Under the pieces are notes generated by a model that made no database searches, was not told the origin of the DNA, and worked only from the letters and a program-made list of their open reading frames with translations. This document shows positions 10,222 to 20,404 of a stretch of DNA of 44,431 nt, piece after piece. Made by a program: the position numbers and the translations under genes. The DNA is from Malassezia furfur (lineage: Eukaryota), in the NCBI GenBank assembly GCA_052055015.1, contig JBQJIT010000041.1, one strand, 5' to 3'. Numbering within the stretch: the first letter of the stretch is position 1; every line of letters starts with the position of its first letter.

Positions 10222-11915
10222 CTAGCGTGGCGGCGGCGGCGGCGGCATCGCGTTCGTCCGGTTCTGTCCAGGTAGCGCCTGCCCACCTGCACTGGGTAGG
10301 AGCGAAAACTGGCCCTCGCGGAACCACTTGGCGTTGGCGTCGTCGACCTTCTTTTGACGCGACGGGTCGACGAGCTCGATGCCCTGCACGGGCGTGAACG
10401 ACAGCGAGGATGCCGTGCCCGAGGAGTTGCCCGCGCTTGGCCCCACATTGTTCAGAGATAGCGACGGCCGATTGAGCGTAGCGAGGCGCGCCTTGTTCGC
10501 CTTTGACATGCGCGCCTTGGACTTGGAGTCGGCGACGGCCGCACGGATCTTGCCACTGGCCTTGGTGTTAATCATGCCGAGGCCCATGGTCTCGTCAAAG
10601 GCGCCCGCCTCCTCTTCTTCTTTGCCGAACTCGACGCGGTTCTGCATCTTGCGTAGCTCAGTCAGGCCATGCATCTCGCGGAACTTGCGCGCCCGCCGAC
10701 CGCCGCGACGCTGTTTGCGCCCACCCTCGTTCGGAACGGGCAGCGCCTTGACCAGTTTCGCAGGCGGTGGCTCCAGCAGCTTTTCGATCTTGCGCGCAAT
10801 CTCCTCGTGCAAGTTCGCGCCGTACTGCCCATCGCGCTTGCCTCCCGATGCACTCACGTCCATACGCGCAGCTAGCGACGCCTTGGCACTGACCATGCGT
10901 AGTGCCTGTGTGCGGTAATCACTCGGCGTGTCCATCACCAGATCGCTCTGGGCCAAATAGCCGGAGAAGCGCGTCGAGTTGCCGTGTATCGTGGAGAGTC
11001 CGGTGGCTTGCGGCTTGGAGGTGCCGAGCAAGTGCAAATTGCACGACGGGATCTTGGCGAGCGCTGCCAGTCCACCGGCCACACCCACAAGCTTCGTTGC
11101 GACCGGCGTCCCCACCAAGGCCGAAAGGTTCGGCGCGAGCAGAGACATGCGCGACTCGACATATTGGAGGATTCTCTGGCGGTTCGCCTCTAGCTCCAAC
11201 GCCATGGAGCATGCTTTTTGGACATGCTGCCATTCGTCGTCCGGCAGCGGACGCCCCGGGGTCGTCGACGCTGTCATGCTGATGACGACCACGGTTCCGT
11301 GCGGAAGAATTCCCTCGAGGTTCGTGTGCACAAGCTCCTTGTCGTTGCTCAATGCACGCACGGTCTGAATAAACTCCCACGGGTTAAGTACGAGCGTCTC
11401 AAGTTCAGGGAACCGGGGCGAGTATCGCTCCCGGATGAACTTGTGGAGCATCATTACCTCGTTGTCGACCTCAACAGCCATATTGTTCGCGCGTACGATC
11501 AGGTGGTATTCCGGTGTGTCTTCGAGCGCTCCTTTTAGTTCCGGCGGCGGCTGCGCCAGGAAGGTTTCGATGGACTAGGTCAGTAATGCGCAGAGGTACG
11601 TACATTCATGACATCTGCCAGGGTATCGCTTCCATAGAGTTTCGAAACGGACCGTGCGCTATCCACGCTGGCCTTGCCGAAATCCATCGTGTCTAGCGTC
11701 TCTTGGTCCATGGGTTCCGGCGGACGCATCGCATCGTCGTGCGCCAGTCCCAGGTCGGCCTCGTTTTGCGCCTCGGATTCATCCACAGATTCGGACGCAT
11801 GGTATGCTGGGCGCTCGGACGATGTGCCCTGTGCACCCTCCTGCATTGGTTCGGGCGACGCCTCGGCGCCACCCGGCTCCAAGTCCGCCAACAGCTCGTC
11901 CGCGAGGCTGGCCAT
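10222..11915 (-). CDS. PRP31: U4/U6 snRNP protein Prp31; intron 11575-11603 (29 nt)
   Basis: MASLADELLADL N-terminus, HKFIRERYSPRFPELE, Nop domain APNLSALVG, RRGGRRARK and SGTASSLSFTPVQGIEL. Confidence 0.95.
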
Positions 11916-12004
11916 CGACGCAAATTCGTCTTACGTGAGCCACGCGGTGGGTGCGGGGCCCTCGTGCTCGGACTTTCTGCCACGTGCTGTGCATGTCCCA
12001 TTGG

Positions 12005-12160
12005 GTTTAGATAAGAGTTTGGATAATCTGCATTACGCACTTGACCGAGTCATCTATGTGTTATGTGCAAAAAACGATTGGTCACGCAAAACTGTATTGC
12101 GGGGTCGCTAAGCCGGAGCCCGCCGGGATATAGAAGCGCGCACCCAGCGATAACGGTTTT
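12005..12160. promoter_or_regulatory. Divergent PRP31/GLT1 promoter with GATAA sites, a Gcn4/CpcA-like TGACTC and a CCAAT box
   Basis: GATAAG at 12010, GATAAT at 12022, GATAAC at 12149, GAGTCAT at 12047 and GATTGG at 12076. These are motif matches only. Confidence 0.35.
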
Positions 12161-12382
12161 CCACTCACTCTTGATCCTTGTCGAGGCCGTGGCGTTTGTC
12201 CATCTAGTAGAAGAGAACGGACCCCTCCCACCGACAAGAAGAGCTTGTGTAGTGTTTGTGCTGCTGCCGAAGCAGCACCTGAGCGCCAAACGAGCTAGAC
12301 ATACGAGTGCGTTTTCATTGCGCGTTGCAGATTGCTAACTCGTCAGATTTCCCTTGCTGTAATCAGCGACCCTTTTGAGGCT

Positions 12383-15300
12383 ATGCCTTCGACCAAAGAC
12401 TTTGTCTCTTCCAACGTGGACAACAATGGCGACAACTGTGAATTTGTAAAGGAGTACCCCACCACCGAAGCCCTGCACGACAGTGGCTACGATGACGTGG
12501 CTAGGGATGAAGAGTCCTGGGCGGGCACGCTGCCCGCCACGCAGGGCCTGTACAATGCCGAATATGAAAAGGATGCCTGCGGTGTGGGCTTTGTTTGCCA
12601 GGTGAAGGGCAAGAGCTCGCACAAGATTGTGTCTGATGCCCGCTTCTTGCTGTGCAACATGACCCACCGTGGTGCGACGGGTGCCGATGCCCGTGACGGT
12701 GATGGTGCGGGTGTCATGACCGGTATGCCCGACCGGTTCCTCCGCCGCGAGGTGGGTAGCGACCACGACTTTGAGCTGCCACCTGTGGGCGAGTACGCAT
12801 GCGGCAACGTCTTTTTCACGCCCAAGGACGAGCAGCGTGCCGAACATATCAAGCTTTTCGAGCAGATTGCGCAAAAGCTGCACCTCCGTGTGCTTGGCTG
12901 GCGCGAGGTGCCCGTGGATAGCAGCATCCTGGGTCCTGCGTCTCACAGCCGCGAGCCCAAGACGATGCAGCCGTTCGTGGTGCTGGGCGACTACTACGGG
13001 TGGTCGTCGAAGAAGTCGGAGAACAACGGCAAGTTTGACGACAGCTACTTTGGCCGCCAGCTCTACGTGCTGCGCAAGCACGCCACGCACCGCATTGGTC
13101 TGCCGAACTGGTTCTACATTTGCTCGCTGAGCCCGTCGAACATTGTATACAAGGGTCAGCTCAGCCCTGTGCAGGTGTACAACTACTACTACGACCTGAA
13201 CAATGCGTACTACGAGGCGCACTTTGCCCTCGTCCACTCGCGTTTCTCGACCAACACCTTCCCCTCGTGGGACCGTGCCCAGCCGCTTCGCTGGGCCGCA
13301 CACAACGGTGAGATCAACACGATCCGTGGTAACAAGAACTGGATGCGTGCGCGTGAGGGCAACCTTTGCTCCGAGGTGTTTGGTGACGAGCTCGACCTGC
13401 TCTACCCCATCGTTGAGAACGGTGGCTCGGACTCGGCCGCGTTCGACAACGTGCTCGAGCTGCTTGTGGTGAACAAGGTACTGACGCTGCCGCAGGCGGT
13501 CATGCTCCTTGTGCCCGAGGCGTGGCAAGGAAACGAGAACGAGATGGACCCTGCCAAGGTTGCGTTCTACAAGTGGGCTGCGTGCCTGATGGAGCCGTGG
13601 GATGGACCGGCGCTGTTCACGTTCTGCGACGGCCGCTTCTGTGGTGCCAACCTGGACCGCAACGGTCTGCGCCCGTGTCGCTGGGTGCTGACCGACGACG
13701 ACATCATGGTGTGTGCGTCCGAGGTGGGTACGATTCAGATCCCCCCCGAGACGATCACGGCCAAGGGTCGTCTGCGTCCCGGTCGCATGCTGCTGGTCGA
13801 CACGCTCGAGGGCCGCATTGTGGACGACAAGGAGCTCAAGGCGACGACGTCGCACATTGCCGACTTTGCTGCGTGGATTGAGCACGAGCTGCTCGACATG
13901 CGCACGATCGCCAAGGAGGTGCTTGAGGTGCGCCCCAACATTGTGCCGCAGCTCGACAACGAGCGGCTGAGCACCGACCCGAAGCTGCGTGCGTTTGGCT
14001 ACACGGTGGACCAGATCAGTCTGCTGATGCTCCCTATGGTCAACGAGGGCAAGGAGGCGCTCGGCTCCATGGGCAATGACGCGCCGCTGGCGTGCATGTC
14101 GCAGGGTGTGCACCTGATCTACGACTACTTCCGCCAGCTCTTTGCGCAGGTGACGAACCCCCCGATCGACCCGATTCGTGAGGCGGTGGTCATGTCGCTG
14201 GACCAGTACGTGGGCCCCGAGGGGAACCTGCTCGACCTGTACGAGAAACAGTGCAACCGCATCTACCTGCCGAGCCCGGTGCTGAGCCTCAAGGAGATGG
14301 CGGCGCTGAAGAACATGGACGCTGTGCAGCCGGAGTGGACCTCGGTGACGATCGACATCACCTTTGAGCACAGCGAGGGCGAGGCGGGCTACGAGCGCAC
14401 GCTCGACCGTGTGTGCGCCGAGGTGTCGCAGGCGATCAAGGACAACCACAAGATTGTGGTGCTGTCCGACCGCAACGTGAGCGAGTCGCGCGTGGCGATC
14501 AGCTCGCTGATCGCATGCGGTGGTGTGCACCACTACCTGATCCGCAACAAGCAGCGCAGCAGCATCGCCCTGGTGGTCGAGACCGCCGAGGCTCGCGAGG
14601 TGCACCACGTGTGTGTGATGGTCGGCTACGGTGCGGACGCCATCTGCCCTTGGCTTGCGCAGGAGGCCGTGATGAAGGTCGGCCGCGAGGGCCTCTCGAA
14701 GAAGGACCTCAGCGAAGAGCAGCTCACGCACAACTGGCGCCACGCTGTTGACGGTGGTATCCTCAAGGTGATGTCCAAGATGGGCATTTCCACCCTGGCG
14801 TCGTACAAGGGTGCGCAGATCTTTGAGGCGCTCGGTCTGGACAGCCGCGTGATTGACCGGTGCTTTGCCGGCACTGCGTCGCGTATCCAGGGCTCGACGT
14901 TCGAGATGCTGGCCGCGGATGCGTTCGAGATGCACGAGCGTGCGTGGCCCAAGCGCCCGACGGTGAACTTTGCGGGCCTGCCCGAGAGCGGCGAGTACCA
15001 CTGGCGCGACGGTGGCGAGCCGCACATCAACGACCCGAGCTGCATTGCCGCGCTGCAGGATGCCACGCGCCAGAAGAACCAGGCGGCGTGGGACGCGTAC
15101 TCGAAGGCGTCGCGCAAGGCCGTTGAGAAGGTCTGCCTGCGTGGTCTGCTCGACTTTGACTACTCGCAGGCGCAGCCGATCCCCGTCGACCAGGTGGAGC
15201 CGTGGACGGAGATTGCGCAGCGCTTCTGCACGGGTGCGATGTCGTACGGCTCGATCTCGATGGAGGCGCACTCGGCGCTCGCGATTGCCATGAACCGGTT

Positions 15301-18300
15301 GGGCGGCAAGTCGAACACGGGTGAGGGCGGTGAGGACCCCGAGCGTTCGATCCCGCTGCCGAACGGCGACTCGCTGCGCTCCAAGATCAAGCAGGTGGCG
15401 TCGGGCCGCTTTGGTGTCACGTCGTACTACCTGTCCGACTCGGACGAGCTGCAGATCAAGCTTGCGCAGGGTGCCAAGCCCGGTGAGGGCGGTGAGCTGC
15501 CCGGCCACAAGGTGTCGGAGAGCATTGCGCGCACGCGTCACAGTACCGCGGGTGTCGGTCTGATCTCGCCGCCGCCGCACCACGACATTTACTCGATCGA
15601 GGACTTGAAGCAGCTCATTTACGACCTCAAGTGCTCCAACCCTCGGTCGCGCGTGAGTGTCAAGCTGGTGTCCGAGGTGGGTGTCGGCATTGTCGCCGCG
15701 GGTGTCGCCAAGGCGAAGGCCGACCACGTGCTGATTGCGGGCCACGACGGTGGTACGGGTGCCTCGCGCTGGACCGGCATCAAGTACGCCGGTCTCCCCT
15801 GGGAGCTTGGTCTGGCCGAGACGCACCAGACGCTTGTGCTGAACGACCTGCGTGGGCGTGTCACGGTGCAGACCGACGGGCAGCTGCGTACGGGCCGTGA
15901 CCTGGCCATTGCGACGCTGCTCGGTGCGGAAGAGTTTGGGTTCAGCACCGCGCCGCTCATCTCGATGGGCTGTATTATGATGCGCAAGTGCCACCTGAAC
16001 ACGTGCCCGGTGGGCATTGCGACGCAGGACCCCAAGCTGCGCGAAAAGTTTGCGGGCCAGCCGGAGCATGTGATCAACTTCTTCTACTACCTCGCCGAGG
16101 AGCTGCGTGCGATCATGGCCAAGCTCGGCATGCGCACCGTGAACGAGATGGTGGGCCGCTCGGATCTGCTGCGCGTCGACGAGTCGCTGCGCACGCCCAA
16201 GACGTCCAACATCAACCTGAACGCGATGCTCAAGCCCGCGTTCCAGATGCGCCCCGGCGCGGCGACGTACAAGGTGCGCCAGCAGGACCACAAGCTGTAC
16301 GTCCGCCTGGACAACAAGTTCATCGACGAGGCGGAGCCGGCGCTCACCGGCGGTCTGCCCGTGCAGATCGACTGCCAGGTGGTCAACACCGACCGTGCGC
16401 TGGGCACCACGCTCTCCTACCGCGTCTCGAAGCAGTTTGGCGAAGAGGGCCTGCCGCGCGACACGATCCACATCAATGCCAAGGGCAGTGCGGGCCAGTC
16501 GTGCGGTGCGTACCTCGCGCCGGGCATTACGCTCGAGCTGGAGGGCGACGCGAACGACTACGTTGGCAAGGGCCTGTCCGGTGGCCGCCTGATTGTGTAC
16601 CCGCCGCGCGTCTCGCCGTTCAAGGCGGAGGAGAACGTGATTGTGGGCAACACGTGTCTGTACGGCGCGACCAGCGGCCACGCGTACATCTCGGGCATTG
16701 CCGCCGAGCGCTTTGCGGTGCGCAACTCGGGTGCACACGCGGTCGTCGAGGGCGTCGGCGACCACGGTTGTGAGTACATGACCGGCGGCCGTGTCGTGGT
16801 GCTCGGCAGCACCGGCCGCAACTTTGCCGCGGGCATGAGCGGCGGCATTGCCTACGTGCTCGACATGAAGCGCGACTTTGCCTCCAAGTGCAACATGGAG
16901 ATGGTCGAGCTCGGCAGCGTGCGCGACCCGCACGAGATTGCCGAGCTGCGCAACCTGCTCGAGGACCACCGCCACTACACGGGCTCGCCCGTGGCGGAGC
17001 GTGTGATCCACGAGTTCCACCACCTCCTGCCGCGCTTTGTGCGTGTGATGCCCACCGACTACAAGCAGGTGCTCGAGGCGGCCGCCGCCAAGGCCGCCGA
17101 GGAGAAGAAGCGCTCGAGCCACGTCGACCTGCTCGGCACGCTCTCGCGCCGTGGCAGCCAGGTGGACGTCACGCTCGAAAACGAGCCGAACGGCACCGGC
17201 AAGGATGCCAAGGCGCACGAGCCGGCGGTCACCGACATGGAAGACGCCATGCTCGATGCGGACCTTGCCGAGGCGCGTGCGGGCAAGCTCGACAAGATGC
17301 GCGGCTTTATGAAGTACAAGCGCCGTGGCGAGTCGTACCGCAACGCGGGCGCGCGTGTCAAGGACTTTAAGGAGCTCTCGAAGCGCCTTACCGACACTGA
17401 GCTCAAGCTGCAGACGGCGCGCTGCATGGACTGCGGTGTGCCCTTCTGCCAGTCGGACACGGGGTGCCCCATCTCGAACATCATTCCGAAGTGGAACGAC
17501 CTCGTGTTCAAGGGCCAGTGGCGCGACGCGCTCAACCGCCTGCTGATGACGAACAACTTCCCCGAGTTCACCGGTCGCGTGTGCCCCGCGCCGTGCGAGG
17601 GCGCTTGCGTGCTTGGCATCATCGAGAACCCGGTCGGCATCAAGTCGATCGAGTGCGCCATCATCGACAAGGCCTGGGAGGAGGGCTGGATGGTGCCGCG
17701 TCTCCCCGAGCGCCGCACAGGCAAGACGGTCGCCGTGATCGGCTCGGGTCCTGCCGGCCTGGCGTGTGCCGACCAGCTGAACCGTGCGGGCCACTCGGTG
17801 ACGGTGTACGAGCGCGCGGACCGCATCGGTGGTCTGCTCATGTACGGTATCCCCAACATGAAGCTCGACAAGCACGTCGTCGACCGCCGCGTCCAGCTGA
17901 TGGCCGACGAGGGTGTGCGCTTCATCACCTCGACCGAGGTCGGCCGCGATGTGGACGCCGCGGACCTGCACCAGCAGAACGACGCGGTGGTGTTTGCCAC
18001 GGGCGCCACCTGGCCGCGCGACCTGAAGATCCCCGGCCGCGAGGCGGATGGCATCCACTTTGCGATGGAGTACCTCACCTCGACCACCGCGAGCCTGCTC
18101 TCGTCGCAGCTCGCCGAGGGCACCTACCTCAGTGCCAAGGGCAAGCACGTCGTGGTGATTGGTGGCGGTGACACGGGCAACGACTGTATCGGTACCGCGG
18201 TGCGCCACGGCGCTGCGTCGGTGACCAACTTTGAGCTGCTCCCCCAGCCGCCCGAGGAGCGTGCGCCGAACAACCCGTGGCCGCAGTGGCCGCGTGTGTT

Positions 18301-18850
18301 CCGCACGGACTACGGCCACACCGAGGTCAAGGCCAAGTGGGGCAACGACCCGCGCGAGTACTGTATCTCGACCACCGACTTTGAGCGCGACGAGAACGGC
18401 AAGCTCGTGGCACTCAACACGGTGCGTGTCGCATGGGAGCTGGACGCGAGCGGCAAGTGGCAGATGAACAAGGTGCCGGGCAGCGAGAAGCGCTTCCCGT
18501 GCGACCTGTGCTTCCTGGCGCTCGGCTTCCTCGGCCCCGAGAACGAGGCGATCAAGTCGCTCGAGCTCAAGCAGGATGCGCGCAGCAACATTCTCGCCGA
18601 GCCTGTTGGCGGCAAGAGCCCGTACCGCACTTCGGTGCCGCGCGTGTACGCTGCGGGCGACTGCCGCCGCGGTCAGTCGCTGATCGTGTGGGGCATTCAG
18701 GAGGGCCGCGCCGCGGCCGCCGCCGTGGACACGGACCTCATGGGCAACTCGTACCTGCCGTGGGCGGGCAGCATCCCCCACCGCACCTACGACCCGGAGC
18801 CTGTGGATGAGACGCAGCCCGCTTCGCAGACGGTCGAGGCTCAGGCGTAA
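12383..18850 (+). CDS. GLT1: NADH-dependent glutamate synthase (fused alpha/beta), intronless CDS; possible 5'UTR intron 12307-12346
   Basis: Ntn cysteine EKDACGVGF, HSRFSTNT, QGAKPGEGGELPG, 3Fe-4S motif CIMMRKCHLNTCPVG, RCMDCGVPFC and GSGPAGLA. Confidence 0.98.
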   Translation: MPSTKDFVSSNVDNNGDNCEFVKEYPTTEALHDSGYDDVARDEESWAGTLPATQGLYNAEYEKDACGVGFVCQVKGKSSHKIVSDARFLLCNMTHRGATGADARDGDGAGVMTGMPDRFLRREVGSDHDFELPPVGEYACGNVFFTPKDEQRAEHIKLFEQIAQKLHLRVLGWREVPVDSSILGPASHSREPKTMQPFVVLGDYYGWSSKKSENNGKFDDSYFGRQLYVLRKHATHRIGLPNWFYICSLSPSNIVYKGQLSPVQVYNYYYDLNNAYYEAHFALVHSRFSTNTFPSWDRAQPLRWAAHNGEINTIRGNKNWMRAREGNLCSEVFGDELDLLYPIVENGGSDSAAFDNVLELLVVNKVLTLPQAVMLLVPEAWQGNENEMDPAKVAFYKWAACLMEPWDGPALFTFCDGRFCGANLDRNGLRPCRWVLTDDDIMVCASEVGTIQIPPETITAKGRLRPGRMLLVDTLEGRIVDDKELKATTSHIADFAAWIEHELLDMRTIAKEVLEVRPNIVPQLDNERLSTDPKLRAFGYTVDQISLLMLPMVNEGKEALGSMGNDAPLACMSQGVHLIYDYFRQLFAQVTNPPIDPIREAVVMSLDQYVGPEGNLLDLYEKQCNRIYLPSPVLSLKEMAALKNMDAVQPEWTSVTIDITFEHSEGEAGYERTLDRVCAEVSQAIKDNHKIVVLSDRNVSESRVAISSLIACGGVHHYLIRNKQRSSIALVVETAEAREVHHVCVMVGYGADAICPWLAQEAVMKVGREGLSKKDLSEEQLTHNWRHAVDGGILKVMSKMGISTLASYKGAQIFEALGLDSRVIDRCFAGTASRIQGSTFEMLAADAFEMHERAWPKRPTVNFAGLPESGEYHWRDGGEPHINDPSCIAALQDATRQKNQAAWDAYSKASRKAVEKVCLRGLLDFDYSQAQPIPVDQVEPWTEIAQRFCTGAMSYGSISMEAHSALAIAMNRLGGKSNTGEGGEDPERSIPLPNGDSLRSKIKQVASGRFGVTSYYLSDSDELQIKLAQGAKPGEGGELPGHKVSESIARTRHSTAGVGLISPPPHHDIYSIEDLKQLIYDLKCSNPRSRVSVKLVSEVGVGIVAAGVAKAKADHVLIAGHDGGTGASRWTGIKYAGLPWELGLAETHQTLVLNDLRGRVTVQTDGQLRTGRDLAIATLLGAEEFGFSTAPLISMGCIMMRKCHLNTCPVGIATQDPKLREKFAGQPEHVINFFYYLAEELRAIMAKLGMRTVNEMVGRSDLLRVDESLRTPKTSNINLNAMLKPAFQMRPGAATYKVRQQDHKLYVRLDNKFIDEAEPALTGGLPVQIDCQVVNTDRALGTTLSYRVSKQFGEEGLPRDTIHINAKGSAGQSCGAYLAPGITLELEGDANDYVGKGLSGGRLIVYPPRVSPFKAEENVIVGNTCLYGATSGHAYISGIAAERFAVRNSGAHAVVEGVGDHGCEYMTGGRVVVLGSTGRNFAAGMSGGIAYVLDMKRDFASKCNMEMVELGSVRDPHEIAELRNLLEDHRHYTGSPVAERVIHEFHHLLPRFVRVMPTDYKQVLEAAAAKAAEEKKRSSHVDLLGTLSRRGSQVDVTLENEPNGTGKDAKAHEPAVTDMEDAMLDADLAEARAGKLDKMRGFMKYKRRGESYRNAGARVKDFKELSKRLTDTELKLQTARCMDCGVPFCQSDTGCPISNIIPKWNDLVFKGQWRDALNRLLMTNNFPEFTGRVCPAPCEGACVLGIIENPVGIKSIECAIIDKAWEEGWMVPRLPERRTGKTVAVIGSGPAGLACADQLNRAGHSVTVYERADRIGGLLMYGIPNMKLDKHVVDRRVQLMADEGVRFITSTEVGRDVDAADLHQQNDAVVFATGATWPRDLKIPGREADGIHFAMEYLTSTTASLLSSQLAEGTYLSAKGKHVVVIGGGDTGNDCIGTAVRHGAASVTNFELLPQPPEERAPNNPWPQWPRVFRTDYGHTEVKAKWGNDPREYCISTTDFERDENGKLVALNTVRVAWELDASGKWQMNKVPGSEKRFPCDLCFLALGFLGPENEAIKSLELKQDARSNILAEPVGGKSPYRTSVPRVYAAGDCRRGQSLIVWGIQEGRAAAAAVDTDLMGNSYLPWAGSIPHRTYDPEPVDETQPASQTVEAQA

Positions 18851-19048
18851 GCGAGACAACTTCATTAGCATCTCGGCGCCACGCGCACCCGGGCCGGGGC
18901 CGGAGCCCCCCGCCGGCGCTTCGTAGTTCCTACCCCAAGTTCGCTTTGTAATCCGCGCGTATTTCCCCCGCCACCCAGTTGTCGCGCCCGCGCCCGATCG
19001 ATTTCCGGGCGCTCCCGTCGTGCTGGAGCCACGCGTCGCGAAGTGGTG

Positions 19049-20321
19049 ATGGAGACGGACGCCGCACCGACGGCGGCGCCGCGCGATGCCGCATTTTCGT
19101 TCGTGTGCCTCGGCGTGGCCGGCGGTCCTCTAGAGACCAACTGTTCGGGCTATCTAATGAAGCCGGCCGACCGCGCCTGGAGCGACGGGACCACACTGCT
19201 CGAGGCAGGTACGTCGGCATCCCACCTCGCGCAGCGTACTGACCTCACAGGCTCATGGCTCGGCGCCCTCGCGAAAGTACTGCAGGAGCCCCAGCACGCC
19301 TTCTACGATGTGTCGTTCCCCGAATGCAGCGCCGAGGGCAAGGCGGAGATCGTGAACGCCTGGGTGCGCCAGGCGCTCATCTCGCACGGCCACCTAGACC
19401 ACATCTTTGGGCTGGTGCTCGCGTCTGCCGCGCAGCGTACACAGCGCCCCGTGTACGGCCTAAAAGACACGCTCGAAACGATTCTTGGCGTATTCAACGG
19501 GCGGATATGGCCGAAGCTTGCATCGTACGACGCGAGCAATCCGATGGCCTACTACCACCTGCGCCCGTACGTTGCCGCACGCGCTCACCCAGTATGGAAA
19601 TCGACCAGGCCGTGCCTCTTGGTGGTGGACTCACGGTGCGCGCGTTCCCCATCAGCCATGGTGCGTCGCTTATCTCGGAAGACACCGCCGACTTTTCCGC
19701 AATCCACACCGCCTCGCAGTTCCCTGCGGTGTGTGGCCCCGTGTCAGGCCACCTGTCGACCACGGTGTCGACTGCATTTGTGTTTACGCACACGTACAAG
19801 GACTGCGACGTGCTGTTCATGGGCGACGTCGAACCCGATACGGTGAGCGGCAGTAGCCTCAACCGCCACGTCCTCGAGGCGGTCGCACCGCGAGCGGCGC
19901 AGGGCAAGCTGCGCGCCGTGTTCCTCGAGTGCAGCTATGGCTCGTCGCAGCCGAACGAGTATTTGTTCGGGCACTTGACGCCCCGGCATCTCTATGCCGA
20001 GCTCCACACACTCGCCGAGTGCGTGCGCGTCGAGCGCGGCGCCAAGGATACCAAAGGCATTCTGCGCGGCGTGAAATGTATCGTGATCCACGTCAAGGAC
20101 ATGATGCTACCCGGCGTCGGTGTCCCGTGCCGCGTCCCGGCCAACACGGCGCCGGATGGGCTGGGGCCAATCGAGCTGCCGACGCTGCCGATCGACCTGC
20201 ACACGCAGATCGCGGCGGAGCTGGCCTCGCTTGAGGCCGAGGCGCAGCTTGGTGTCGAGCTGATCATGGCAAAACAAGGACTGCGTATTGGTACGTGGAA
20301 CGTGCTCACCCAGAATGCTAG
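19049..20321 (+). CDS. PDE1: Class II (low-affinity) cAMP phosphodiesterase; introns 19209-19250 (42 nt), 19567-19592 (26 nt), 20291-20313 (23 nt)
   Basis: LGVAGGPLE, metal motif SHGHLDH, FNGRIWP, GDVEPD, IFLECSY-like VFLECSY, LFGHLTP and IHVK. Confidence 0.88.
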
Positions 20322-20404
20322 TGGCGGTCCTCTCTGTATACTAGTACATCATCGCCCGGTTCCATAGCGACCAGCGCCACCAGACAATGTATCCTTCCGT
20401 GTTT

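Noticed and set aside
12335..18871. 2178-codon antisense ORF exactly opposite GLT1, with similar shadows opposite PDA1, ADE12, SNZ1 and SPT16
   Set aside because: It is the in-register antisense frame. GC3-biased sense codons avoid TTA/CTA/TCA, so antisense stops vanish. The product has no domain-like features.
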